A program made the translations under genes and the position numbers. The notes below the pieces were generated by a model. That model saw only the letters and a program-made list of their open reading frames with translations, did not search any database and was not told the DNA's origin. Positions 53,514-64,000 of a DNA stretch of 64,000 nucleotides are shown piece after piece. Location: positions 237,832,001-237,896,000 of the forward strand of contig OZ024740.1 of NCBI GenBank assembly GCA_964016885.1. Reading direction: 5' to 3'. Within the stretch, counting starts at the first letter, position 1. The number at the start of each line of letters is the position of its first letter. Origin of the DNA: Eledone cirrhosa (Eukaryota).

Positions 53514-55901
53514 TTAACTGTATACTTTGTGAAAAGTTCTATGGAATTTATGCAGGCAGATAGAAAACAAATCTGAGCGTCTGTTTATTATAGAATCTAG
53601 GTTAGAGATAATGGTAAATTTTTCATTTAGGCAGAGATTACAGATTTTAGATAGAGAGCTGTTCAAGTATGAGGATGCAGAAGAAATCTTTTTCCAAAAG
53701 ATGTTATATTTAATGTTTTTGTCTTTTAAGGACCATATGAGTTCTGAGAGAGCAGTGTTAGTTCTTTTAAGTTTGTATTTGAAAGATGAATGATGATTAT
53801 AGAGACGAGCTTTAAAAGAGGTGGAAGTGGAGCCAAAATAGGTGAAGGAATTGGTGCTAGTTATAATTTTACATTCATAAATTAAGTTTTTATCGAGGCA
53901 ATGGTTGTTGAGAGGACATTTATTTTTGATGCGGCAGTTGCAATTAGAAAGATTATTAATGAGTGATCTAGTGTTATCTATAGAAGGAATTGGATTGGAG
54001 AAGTTGTTTGCGATAGGAATAATAGGAATAATAGTTTCTTGATTTAGAGTTGGATTGTGAACATTTAGCGAAGTTGTGTTTGACGTTGTATTTGGGTTTT
54101 CAGAAGTTAGCCTAGGGTTTACAATGACATCGGGAGTACTATTACTGTTATTATGAAATTCGATATTGGAAGGAAGAGATTTAGTATTTAATATTTTGTT
54201 GTTGTGTTTAGAGATGATGTTGGAAATATTGGAGGATGTAGAATACGAAAATTTGATGGTGTGTTTGTTAAATATTTTACTATAGATATGTGAGGGAGGG
54301 AAGCATTTATTTAAGGCACTAAAAAATAATTTAGGAATATTGTTATTAATAGAGATGGAGAAAGGAGCATTATACCAGATTATGTTTTTGTATCTAGGTC
54401 TTTTATTAAAATTATTGGAATGGTCATGATTAATTATTCTACTGTAAGTTTTCCTAGAATTTGTTTCTTTATTATATTTGATTTTATCTGGATAGCCGGC
54501 TTTAGAAAGTGCGTTATTATAGTAATTGGCGTTAGCATCAAAGATGTTTTTATTAGAAGATATGTTAGATATTCTATTTCCAATATTATTAACTATAGCA
54601 TTCTTGATATTGGTAGGATGGTTAGATTTAAAGTTAACATAATTAAGATTCTCATTGTTTTTATGGTAAGGGTAATATAGGCCAGTGTCAAGATTAAGAG
54701 ATACATCCAAGAAATTAGCTAGTTTGATACTATTATCAAATTCAATTTTTAGGTTATGTTGGTTAAAGAGATTACGTATATTGTTCTTAATAATATTAAG
54801 TTTAACTATATTGCAATTTAGGATAGTAAAGAGTCCATCGTCACGATAAATTCCACCTCGAAGTTGAGGAATTTTCCGACTCAAAGAGTTCAAAATGAAG
54901 ATACCAATTAAATCAGTCAATTGGGATGAATCGGATGCTCCCATTGTGATGTCGAAGTTGTTAGAGGTATCGGCTCTGGTCCAATATTCGTTGTTGAACT
55001 CTAGGAGGGTTTTACGTGCGGTGAGGATGATGTGAAGTTCATCTGTGGTGATGTCAGAATATTTAAGTGCGAAAGATAGAGCATTATTGAGAAGTGAAGG
55101 CGAAATGGAGGAATAGTAGCTGGCAATATCGAATTGAATAAATTTTAGTTTGTTTTTATTATCCAATTTGTTGAACCAGCCAATCACTTCAGAAGTACCA
55201 AACCATAAATTTAGGTTTAAAGAAGAGCAATTAGAACTAACCTGTGGGATAATCCTATCCAAGATGGCTTTACTAACAACCCCCAGATCAGATTTAGAGG
55301 GGGCGATTAATCTAACAGGTAGTTCAGTGCGAAAATTGTTTTTGTGATCCTTGAGATTTATCCTCGGAGTTCTTGGGAGGAATGGTTCGGTCTTTTTTTC
55401 AATGCCAAGTTTTGACATAATCTCATAGGCTTCAAGGTTTATGCATTCTAAATTTTCATGGTTGGTTTTACGATACTTTTTCCTAAGTTCCTTTAGGATA
55501 AGGTTGTTATAATTATCCTTGGAAATACCATATAGGTTATTGGTTTTGTCAGAGTGGACTAAAACATTTTTTGAGGAATTTAGGTTAGAGATTGTGTTCT
55601 TGAGATTTACAAGGTGCTCTTGTCCTTTGTAAGGGTATCTCTTGAATTTAAGATTTTTTATTATTTTAGTTAATTCTTCCTCGAATTGTGCTAGATTTTT
55701 GTTGGAAGGAGGATTTCGTCTAGAATTAAAAAGATGATCGAGGAAGTTGTGTTCTTTGGTATGAAAGTTCCCTTTTAGGCGCTGGTCATGACCAGCGCCT
55801 AAAAGGGAACTTTCCCTAAAAGGGAACCATCTCTCCCTCTCATCTCCTTCCCTTTTCATCCCCCCCCCTCTCTCTAAATAAAATATTTTTCCCAATATCA
55901 C
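53514..55901 (-). CDS. PLE reverse transcriptase plus GIY-YIG endonuclease; the first ~25 codons come from the inverted pLTR, so the true ORF is 5'-truncated
   Basis: SDKT, QFDIASYYSSI, FDITMGA, IYRDDG, NFLDV; CNCR..CPL..CL, LIYEC..YFGST..FKARLYNH, CNLCLNEK. Confidence 0.92.
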   Translation of the reverse strand: MILGKIFYLERGGGMKREGDERERWFPFRESSLLGAGHDQRLKGNFHTKEHNFLDHLFNSRRNPPSNKNLAQFEEELTKIIKNLKFKRYPYKGQEHLVNLKNTISNLNSSKNVLVHSDKTNNLYGISKDNYNNLILKELRKKYRKTNHENLECINLEAYEIMSKLGIEKKTEPFLPRTPRINLKDHKNNFRTELPVRLIAPSKSDLGVVSKAILDRIIPQVSSNCSSLNLNLWFGTSEVIGWFNKLDNKNKLKFIQFDIASYYSSISPSLLNNALSFALKYSDITTDELHIILTARKTLLEFNNEYWTRADTSNNFDITMGASDSSQLTDLIGIFILNSLSRKIPQLRGGIYRDDGLFTILNCNIVKLNIIKNNIRNLFNQHNLKIEFDNSIKLANFLDVSLNLDTGLYYPYHKNNENLNYVNFKSNHPTNIKNAIVNNIGNRISNISSNKNIFDANANYYNNALSKAGYPDKIKYNKETNSRKTYSRIINHDHSNNFNKRPRYKNIIWYNAPFSISINNNIPKLFFSALNKCFPPSHIYSKIFNKHTIKFSYSTSSNISNIISKHNNKILNTKSLPSNIEFHNNSNSTPDVIVNPRLTSENPNTTSNTTSLNVHNPTLNQETIIPIIPIANNFSNPIPSIDNTRSLINNLSNCNCRIKNKCPLNNHCLDKNLIYECKIITSTNSFTYFGSTSTSFKARLYNHHSSFKYKLKRTNTALSELIWSLKDKNIKYNIFWKKISSASSYLNSSLSKICNLCLNEKFTIISNLDSIINRRSDLFSICLHKFHRTFHKVYS

Positions 55902-55987
55902 ACATCAATCTAAAACCACTTTTCATATGTTGATTTAAAACTGCACTATCAACAAGTGTTTTTTAGCCTTCATATCAAGTTCTCCTG

Positions 55988-56054
55988 TTTTATCTGATGA
56001 AAACACAAATATTATTGCTTGATGATGTTTGTTTTTGAAATGCGCATAATAAAA
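55988..56054 (+). ncRNA. Type I hammerhead in the PLE pLTR; identical inverted copy at 52472-52538 on the ORF-sense minus strand
   Basis: ttttat-CTGATGA-stem II (acaaatattatt/gatgatgtttgt)-GAAA tgcgca TA-ataaaa; palindromic stem III. Confidence 0.85.
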
Positions 56055-56191
56055 TATATGGAACTCCTTTAACCATCTTTTGATCTTATATTATGCATAC
56101 TCCAGTACCACAAACTGTAGAGTGCTTCTTATCCGATATCTGCATTGCTTTATTGTACTACAATAAAACTCACCTCCTACATATATATATA

Positions 56192-58830
56192 TATCATCAT
56201 CATCATCATCATCAACGTTTAACGTCCGTGTTCCACGCTTGCATGGGTTTGGACGGGGGTAGTCCCACTTGAGGCAAGAGTGATTGTCTTGCTCGCATAG
56301 GACTGTCTGGCAGGTTTTCTACAGTTGGATGCCCTTCCTAACACCAACCACATTTACAGTGTGGGTCTGGGAGGTTTTTACCGTGTTGCCTACACGGCCA
56401 CATTACAGCGTGGACTGTGTGTTTTTTTGTCGTGACACCTACACGATCTCATTTGTTTCGGCCTCGATGGCGCGGCACCAACATAACTTTACATAGAACG
56501 GGGTGGTGTGGATGGGGTGGGGGTGGTGGGGGTGGGACGGGGTGTATTTTGTTAGAGATGCCTACTGGCTGGAGTAGGTTTTACTATATATTTAGGTAAG
56601 GCGGGTCTTCTCTGTTACTGAGTACCGCCAAAGGTCTCGGTCCAGTGACATTGTCTTGGAGAGGTGTAAGTGTGTGATGTCGGAGTTTATCAGCTCGTCC
56701 CAGGTTTTTCTAGGTCTGCCTATTCCGTGACTACCGCCTATCTTTATTGCCCTGCACTTTGTTATACAGCTATCGACTTTCATGCGCATCACGTGTCCAT
56801 ACCAACGTAGCCTTCTCTCGAGTAAACAACATCTGATCCCTCTTATCTCTAATTTTTTCCTTAGTTCGTTTATGCTTTGCCGTTCACGTATATTACTGTT
56901 ACACATCCAGCGGAGCATGCAAGCTTCGTTCCTCTCTAGTCTGCGTATATCCTCTGCACACAATGCCCAGGTCTCACTGCCATGCAGCATTGCTGTTCGT
57001 ATGCAGGCATCGTACAACCTGCCTTTCATTTTTAGTGAGAACCCTTTAGCAGCTAATAGTGGTATAAGCTCTCTGAACTTTTTCCAACCAGTTCTGACTC
57101 TAGCTACAGTACTTTCAGAGCACCCTCCCCCACTGCTGATTTTATCGCCCAGGTAACGGAAGCTGTCCACTATTTCTATAGAACCCTCTGCGCAATTGAA
57201 AGAGCTAGTATTTTGTGGGCACTTGCTGCTACTTATTGCACCAGAGCACCGGCCACATGTAAAATCTATGTTCTTAGTTAGCTTACCTGTGATCCCACTA
57301 CATCTTTTATGCACCCATACTTTGCATTTAGGACATAAAATGGAGTTTCTACCTACGCCTTTCCTACACACCGAGCACGACCATTTCCCAGAAGGGACCG
57401 CCGCCTTGTTTTCTTTCCTACAAACTAGTACTTTGGTCTTAGCCAGGTTAATTTTAAGTCCTTTTGACTCTAGGCCGTGCTTCCATGTTTGGAATTTCTT
57501 CTCTAGCTCGGCCATTGATTCCGCTATGAGTGTCAGGTCGTCTGCGTATAGGAGTTCCCATGGGCAGCCTGTCTTGAACTCCTCTGTTATAGCCTGAAGG
57601 GCAATAATAAATAGTAGTGGGCTGAGAACAGAGCCCTGATGGACGCCAACTTTTACGCTAAACTCTTCACTATATTCGTTGTTAATTCTAACCTTGCTGA
57701 CTGTTTCTTTATACATGGCTTGTATAGCCCTCACAAGCCATTCGTCAACGCCTAGTTTTCTAAGAGCCCACCAGATAATGGAGCGGGGGACTCTGTCGAA
57801 GGCTTTCTCCAAGTCGACAAAAGCTAAGTAGAGGGGTTTACCTTTAGCTAGGTACTTCTCCTGTAGTTGTCGTACTATGAAAAGAGCGTCTGTGGTACTT
57901 TTGCCTGACACAAACCCGAACTGCATTTCATCTAGGTCAATTCTCTCTCTGATTAGTTGCGCTATTACTTTTTCCGTGACCTTCATGACCTGGTCGATTA
58001 ATTTAATGCCTCTATAGTTACTCCTATCTAGGGCGTCTCCTTTACCCTTATAACAGTTAACGATGATGCTGCTATGCCAGTCCTTCGGAACAACCCCATT
58101 CTGTACGACTTGGTTAACTATGCGGGTGACCATGGTGTGTCCCACCGTGCCAGATGCCTTCAGCATCTCAGCAACTATTTCCGAAGGCCCAGCCGCCTTA
58201 CCCGTCTTCATATCCTTGATTGCCTTACTTATTATACTCCCCTCGACTAACACTGCTGGTCCCTCTATTGGGTCGATATGGGGGAGACTGTCTTTCTCCC
58301 ATTTATTCTCCTCATTTAGTAGCCTTTCATAGTGACACTTCCAAGCTACCTTCTTATCAGCGTCGGTGATGGCAAGTGTGCCATCGTCGTTTAGTACACA
58401 CTTCTCCCCGACAATATCACGGTTTTCCTTGACGCATTGCCTAGCAATCCTGAACACCTCACGTTTTTGGTCATCGCGTTGTAGAACATGCTTGAACTTT
58501 CTTTCCTCAGCTTCCCTTCTTGCTAAGTACACTTGTCTCCTAGCTTCCCTCCTGGCCACTTGATAGTCCTCTCTACTTCCCCCATCCCGCCATACTTTCC
58601 AAGCCTGCTTTTTGGCCTTAATTGACCCCTCCACCTTACTGTTCCACCACCATGTTACTCTCCTCCTGCCTACAGGCCTGCTCCAGCCACAGACTTCGTC
58701 TGTCGCCAACAGCAGGTTTGCTTTCAGAAATTCCCACTCTCCCTCTATATTGTCCGACTCTAAATGTTCTTCCTTACTGTCGAAAGCATCAAGTAATATG
58801 CTTTGAAATTTATTCCTGGCTGTGGGGTCC
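56192..58830 (-). mobile_element. Young RTE LINE, 5'-truncated (no endonuclease)
   Basis: Uninterrupted ORF, 3' UTR and (GAT)n tail. Confidence 0.95.
56592..58709 (-). CDS. RTE reverse transcriptase (partial) with an internal PHD-like finger
   Basis: NYRGIKL, QFGF, AFVDLEKAFDRV, GVHQGSVLSP, YADD, CSVC..CPKCKVWVHKRC..CGRC, FRYLG, RRLRWYGHV. Confidence 0.95.
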   Translation of the reverse strand: MATDEVCGWSRPVGRRRVTWWWNSKVEGSIKAKKQAWKVWRDGGSREDYQVARREARRQVYLARREAEERKFKHVLQRDDQKREVFRIARQCVKENRDIVGEKCVLNDDGTLAITDADKKVAWKCHYERLLNEENKWEKDSLPHIDPIEGPAVLVEGSIISKAIKDMKTGKAAGPSEIVAEMLKASGTVGHTMVTRIVNQVVQNGVVPKDWHSSIIVNCYKGKGDALDRSNYRGIKLIDQVMKVTEKVIAQLIRERIDLDEMQFGFVSGKSTTDALFIVRQLQEKYLAKGKPLYLAFVDLEKAFDRVPRSIIWWALRKLGVDEWLVRAIQAMYKETVSKVRINNEYSEEFSVKVGVHQGSVLSPLLFIIALQAITEEFKTGCPWELLYADDLTLIAESMAELEKKFQTWKHGLESKGLKINLAKTKVLVCRKENKAAVPSGKWSCSVCRKGVGRNSILCPKCKVWVHKRCSGITGKLTKNIDFTCGRCSGAISSSKCPQNTSSFNCAEGSIEIVDSFRYLGDKISSGGGCSESTVARVRTGWKKFRELIPLLAAKGFSLKMKGRLYDACIRTAMLHGSETWALCAEDIRRLERNEACMLRWMCNSNIRERQSINELRKKLEIRGIRCCLLERRLRWYGHVMRMKVDSCITKCRAIKIGGSHGIGRPRKTWDELINSDITHLHLSKTMSLDRDLWRYSVTEKTRLT

Positions 58831-59070
58831 TATATATATATATATATATATTCCACTGCAAAGTGGTCGTGGAGGTGCCACGGCAAAAAAGCACCCAGCC
58901 CACACTGTAAATGAGGTTGGTGTTAGGAAGGGCATCCAGCTGTAGAAATCAAGCCAGAATCAGTTCCCGTCCCACCCTTGCGAGCAGGGAAAAGTGGACG
59001 TAAAATGAAATGAAATGAATGAATGATATATATATACACACACACACATATATATATATGTATGATATAT

Positions 59071-59273
59071 AATTTATACTGAGTACAATAGAATTCTCAT
59101 GTAGTAATAACTTGTCGCTTTTATTTAATAATGCAATCCTATACAACAAATTGAAGATTATCAGAATATATATATATATGTTTTGCATTATTATATATAT
59201 ATATATATTGCATTATTAAATAAAAGTGACAAGTTATTACTACATGAGAATTCTATTGTACTCAGTATAAATT
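59071..59273. repeat. ~67-bp inverted repeat around short TA tracts
   Basis: 59071-59138 is the inverse of 59207-59273. Confidence 0.85.
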
Positions 59274-59469
59274 GCAATGTTGTTGTAATGAAATAAATTC
59301 TTGACTAGAGTATCAATCAAATATTCCCTTTAACTATATATCTCTGCAGAAAGACAACTATATAAGACAATTATTGTGCAATAGTGTATCTGACATTAAC
59401 ATATGATGGATGTAAATCTGCCTGTAGCATGAAATATTTGAAGTAGAACTACAAAATATATGTGTAATA

Positions 59470-59547
<78 letters not shown>

Positions 59548-59997
59548 CATCATCATCATCATCATCATTTCATTTTACGTCCGCTTTTCCCTGCTTGCAA
59601 GGGGGGGACGGGAACTGATTCTGGCTTGATTTCTACAGCTGGATGCCCTTCCTAACACGAACCTCATTTACAGTGTGGGCTGGGTGCTTTTTTGCCGTGG
59701 CACCACCACGACCACTTTGCAGTGGAATGATAGGGACCGCAGTCCTATCATCTCATTTCTACAGCTGAGTAAACTGGAGCAATGTGAAATAAAGTGTCTT
59801 GCTCAAGGAAACAACACATCACCCGGTCTGAGAATTGAACTCACAATCTTTCGATTGCAAGGCCAATGCTCTAACCACTAAGCCATGTGCCTCCATATAT
59901 GTATATATATGTGTGAAGTATTTCTGTCAGAAAGGTACAGGAAAAAAGAGTGCTCTATGTAGGCTACAGAGCTTAGAGAGAGAGAGATGTATGTAAA

Positions 59998-60113
59998 ATC
60001 CCGACCATGGCAGTTTCAGTTTGTGTGTTCAGCAAGCCTTTTCAATATAGACTATGCCCTTGAAAAGATTTGCTGAACACACAAGCCGAAACTGCTTGGC
60101 ACAGTAGTCAGAA
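59998..60113. ncRNA. Two inverted, diverged copies of a U3-A8-core hammerhead
   Basis: Plus: gccc-TTGAAAA-gatttg..caagcc-GAAACTGC..GTAGTC. Minus: TTGAAAA-ggcttg..caaact-GAAAC..GTC-gggat. Complete stems appear only in the consensus of the two. Confidence 0.55.
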
Positions 60114-60370
60114 TTTTTCACATCTCTATAATCTCTATACCCCTTCTACATCTCCCTATATATTGAGTACTCACATGATTTGTGGTCTCTTCAGTCTCAG
60201 CACCGCAGACTCACTCATTCTCTCTATATATATATATCATCATCATCATCATCATCATCATTTTATGTCCGCTTTTCCCTGCTTGCAAGGGTTGGACGGG
60301 TCCTATTCAGCACAGCATCTCTCCACTTGTCACGGTCCTTTGTCATCTCCTAGTAATCTCTATATATATA

Positions 60371-60405
<35 letters not shown>

Positions 60406-60412
60406 CATGTGA

Positions 60413-60730
60413 AGGTGCGTGGCTAAGTGGTTAGGGTATTCAGCTCAGGATTGTAAGACCATGAGTTTGATTCCCAGCAGCGTGCTATTTCCTTGAGCAA
60501 GACACTTTATTTCACATTGTTCCAGTCCACTCAACTAGAAAAAATGAGGTGTACCTGTAATTTGAAGGTCCAGCCTTATCACATACTGTATCATGCTGAC
60601 TCTCCCTGAGAACATTAATGGTACACATGTCTGTGAAATGCTCAGCCACTAGCGGGTTAATTTCTGAAGCAGGCTGTTCTGTTGATCATATCAACACTCA
60701 TCGTTACAACTGATGGAATGCCAGTTTTTT
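60413..60730 (+). mobile_element. tRNA-derived SINE with CORE-like body and a different tail
   Basis: tggctaagtggttagg...gagtttgattccc...ccttgagcaagacactt. Confidence 0.78.
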
Positions 60731-61151
60731 ATATAGCTTCATATTCTATTATCAAAGCTACTCTCTTCAAGTGACGCTATTTTTATAATCACTTAAAGAT
60801 ATTTATGATAGTCACTTCAACCTGATTAGAAATACTCTATTAGCTGCTTTAATTAGCTTATTGATTTTACCAGTAAGCTGATTGTGAAACGTAAGGATTT
60901 TAACATTTACACATTTACAAATTATATTGTGGCAGTAATTCCCTTTAACCAATTAGAGTCTCCTAGCCTCATCGTCCACATCTAACATAAGAGACCTTTC
61001 TAGAATTTGTTCCATTTCTATGCATATAATCATCATTGTCATCATCTTTTTATGTCTACTTTCCATGCTGGCATGGGTTGGATGGGTTGCTGGAGTTTGA
61101 GAACTAGTCATGTCAAAGAACCACATTTTGCTTGTATTTTCCCTTTTTAGC

Positions 61152-61626
61152 ATCATTCTTTATGTACTTACTTGTACTTGTACTTGTGTCGACATTCACC
61201 CTGGATGGGTTGAGCCGGCTTTTTCCCTTATCCTGACGGCATCCCGAACCATGGCAGCGCACGCACGACAGTCCTGGGTAAGGTCACTGGAGATAGCAAG
61301 CCAGTCACGGTTCCATCGGCGCAGGCTGACCACCTGCGGACCTGAGAGTTCGGAGAGGTCCTCCTTGAACGTCGTTGCCCAGGTTTTCAGCTGCCCGCCA
61401 ACGCGCTTGCGCCAGTTAGGGAGTGGAGGTGGGAGGAGAACATCCTCGGCGTCACCTCGTCACGTGGCGATCCAATGATGGAAGAACAGCCAATCAGATT
61501 GACTACATCCTGGTCAGATCTCGGTGGGCCAGCTCAGTGATGGACTCGTGTGCGTATCGAGGGGCTGATACGGGCAGTGAGCATGGGTCAGACCATACTC
61601 TTGTTCGAGCAATCATTCTTTATGTA
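61152..61626 (-). mobile_element. RTE-like insertion with an inverted endonuclease fragment and a 15-bp TSD
   Basis: TSD atcattctttatgta at 61152-61166 and 61612-61626; minus-strand (CAAGTA)n tail; plus-strand VTWRSNDGRTANQIDYILV...SDHTLV. Confidence 0.85.
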
Positions 61627-61776
61627 TATATATATAATAAAGATGCCTAAACTACAGTATTGGAGACTTTTTTAACTGGGTTACTCTCCGACACAATTTG
61701 GAAGCCTACATATATATATATATATATATATATTATTTACAGGGAAGAGCGAGGGCCTATGACTCCTTCAATTTAT

Positions 61777-61816
<40 letters not shown>

Positions 61817-61823
<7 letters not shown>

Positions 61824-62101
61824 TAAAAAAATAATGAATAAACAAAGAAACAGTTCCTTATATTAAACAAAAAAAGTTAATTATTTTACGATCGTTTCTA
61901 GGACACTTTTTTTGTTTAATATAAGGAACTGTTTCTTTGTTTATTCATTATTTTTTTAATATTTTATCTTGACTCTGTATTCCGTTTATCTTTCACCGAA
62001 AGTGATTTTTGAATGCATCTCTTCTTTTCATGATATCCGGATTACATTGAGTTCTTCATACGGATTGGACACTACCGTAAACTCTTGGTAGATTTATCTA
62101 C

Positions 62102-62102
<1 letters not shown>
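61817..62102. repeat. PLE-type end with a ~62-bp inverted repeat between (TA)n tracts
   Basis: 61817-61878 is the inverse of 61906-61968; the loop holds a minus-strand hammerhead half, GAAACgatcGTA. Confidence 0.7.
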
Positions 62103-62143
<41 letters not shown>

Positions 62144-62434
62144 ATACACACAAAATGAGAAAGAGACACATACACCCAGTGATCTGAGTGCTTCAAACAA
62201 AACAAAGCCTGAGAATGTAGAAAGGTTTGTTTGTGAAAGAAGTTGTAATGCTACTTCTGAGCTTGACATAAGAAAAATGTACGAGACTTCTTTGACAGCC
62301 AGGATTCCAAGCATAAGTGTGGTGAATCATAAAAAAAAAACAGTTCCAAATTTATGTACTGCTGGAGTTTGAGACCTGGTTGATCAAAGAGTGTTAGAAT
62401 TCAGTGCTTAGTTGCTTGCATGAGTGTTGTATTC

Positions 62435-62870
62435 ATCATCATCATCATCATCATTGTTTAACGTCCATTTTCCATTCTAGCATGGGTTAGACAAGTCATC
62501 CCATTTTAGGTAAGTTGGGTCAGGTGACCATGTCTTACTCGTATAGGACTGTTTCTGGCTAGGTTTCTATGGCTGGAGACCCTTCCTAACACCAACCACT
62601 TTACAGTGTGTGCTGGGTGCATTTGCCATGACTCCTACACAACCACTTTAAAGTGTGGGCTGACACCTACAGGGCAGTGGATTGGAAGAATCGATAGAGC
62701 GTTGGACACCATGCTTTGCAGCATAGAGTTTTGGCCTTTTATGTTCTGAGTTCAAATCCTGCCAAGGTTAGCTTTGCCTTTCATCCTTACGGAGTCGATA
62801 AAATAAAGTACCAGTAATGCACTGAATGATTGCTGGTCTTGTGCCAAAAGTAGAAACAATTATTATTATC
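62435..62870. mobile_element. RTE tail (minus, 62435-62670) followed by a Meta-like SINE (plus, 62672-62870)
   Basis: Similarity to other copies in the window. Confidence 0.8.
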
Positions 62871-63329
62871 AAATAGGTACTAGTGTGTTATTAGTGCAAT
62901 GTCAATAGTACAGTAATTTCTATGATGAAACAATAGTTTGGAAGACATCGTAATAACTCACTCATGCATAATAGAGACTATTATAGAGATTTAACATAAG
63001 ACTGTCTGCTTCATACAAACATCACATCACATACAGATATAACCAGATCCAGATTGATCTAGTACAATATTTATTGACATGTAGTTAGGTAAATCAATTG
63101 AGGGACACTAGTCAAAGACAGAACTACATTGATCTAGTATCTATTCCTTGACAGTTAAGTTCATTGTGGTTGAAGGTTGAATAACATTGTGCTTGTACAT
63201 ATTCCTTGAACATTAAACAGATTGACTAAAGAGTTGTTGTCTGTAACAAAAAATATAAAATGTAAAAAGAGATTCATCCAGTACTGATTCCCGACAAGAA
63301 TATCAGCAGAGTCTCATTTTAATTTTGCA

Positions 63330-63640
63330 GTGTTGAGACTCTTAGGAGATTATTACCAAGTGATTTTCTTTTTGATGATCATGGCAAGTTTGGATATCAC
63401 TAATTTATGATAAGTCAAACATTCTGCTCCATACGTGGCCCTAGTTTCCAGAAAATCTTGTCTACCTGTCTGCCATAAGATGATATAGTCAAACATGTAT
63501 CAGTTTTTAGATCTAGGATGCATCCATGTAGACTTGTTGTGGTCATCTGCAAGGCAGAATATAGTATTCATAATCAAAAGCCCATGTTCACTGCAGGCTT
63601 TGAGGACAGCTGATAGCTTGGTGAAGTAATTGAAGAACTG
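63330..63640 (-). mobile_element. Degenerate RTE-type APE endonuclease fragment
   Basis: CSEHGLLIMNTIF...KSTWMHPRSK. Confidence 0.65.
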
Positions 63641-64000
63641 TGTCTCAGGTTTAATTAAATTGCTTATGTTTACTATTCCTAACAACCAATCAAACTGATT
63701 GGTGGACTTTGGTCCCCGATTGGATTAGATTTATAAAGCATTTATGACTAATGGTTAGAAACTGTGCCCTGAAACAGCTATAGCAACTGCAGAATTTCAC
63801 AGTGGAGTGTCTTGTCCAGAAATACAAAAAGTACCTATAGCAGATTTAAACTCACAAACCTCTGAGTAGAGAATCCACATCTTTATCCACTTAGCTACCA
63901 TGAAACAGATACAAATATCATTAGTGATAATTACCCAATAACAAACATCTTAATCGATAAATACTTTATTTTGATTTACAACCCAAATTAATTTTTATTT

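Overview
Repeat-saturated, AT-rich eukaryotic DNA with no recognisable host exon. It is probably intergenic or deep intronic, and the SINE/RTE repertoire suggests a mollusc, likely an octopus (inference). Almost every insertion sits in or next to (TA)n microsatellites. Retroelements: about 10 copies or fragments of an RTE-clade LINE with a PHD-type finger inside its RT region, one apparently full-length two-ORF CR1-like LINE, Penelope-like elements (PLEs; RT and/or GIY-YIG) with inverted pseudo-LTRs, and tRNA-derived SINEs. DNA elements: a hAT, Tc1/mariner elements and MITEs, TTAA MITEs and a non-autonomous Helitron. Reading the non-coding parts by eye shows more than a dozen type I hammerhead ribozyme (HHR) motifs, several with a compensatory U3-A8 core. 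The most interesting signal is two different ~440-nt non-coding, circularly permuted or tandem, HHR-bearing retroelement families (retrozyme-like; 29730-30495, 37554-38232, 38268-38836). They share a spaced upstream module, ATGCAAAT octamer / ~35 nt / ATATAyTTTCA / ~35 nt / CTGANGA, suggesting self-promoting, self-cleaving circular-RNA parasites mobilised by PLEs into (TA)n. All folds were assigned by hand; none has been computed or tested.
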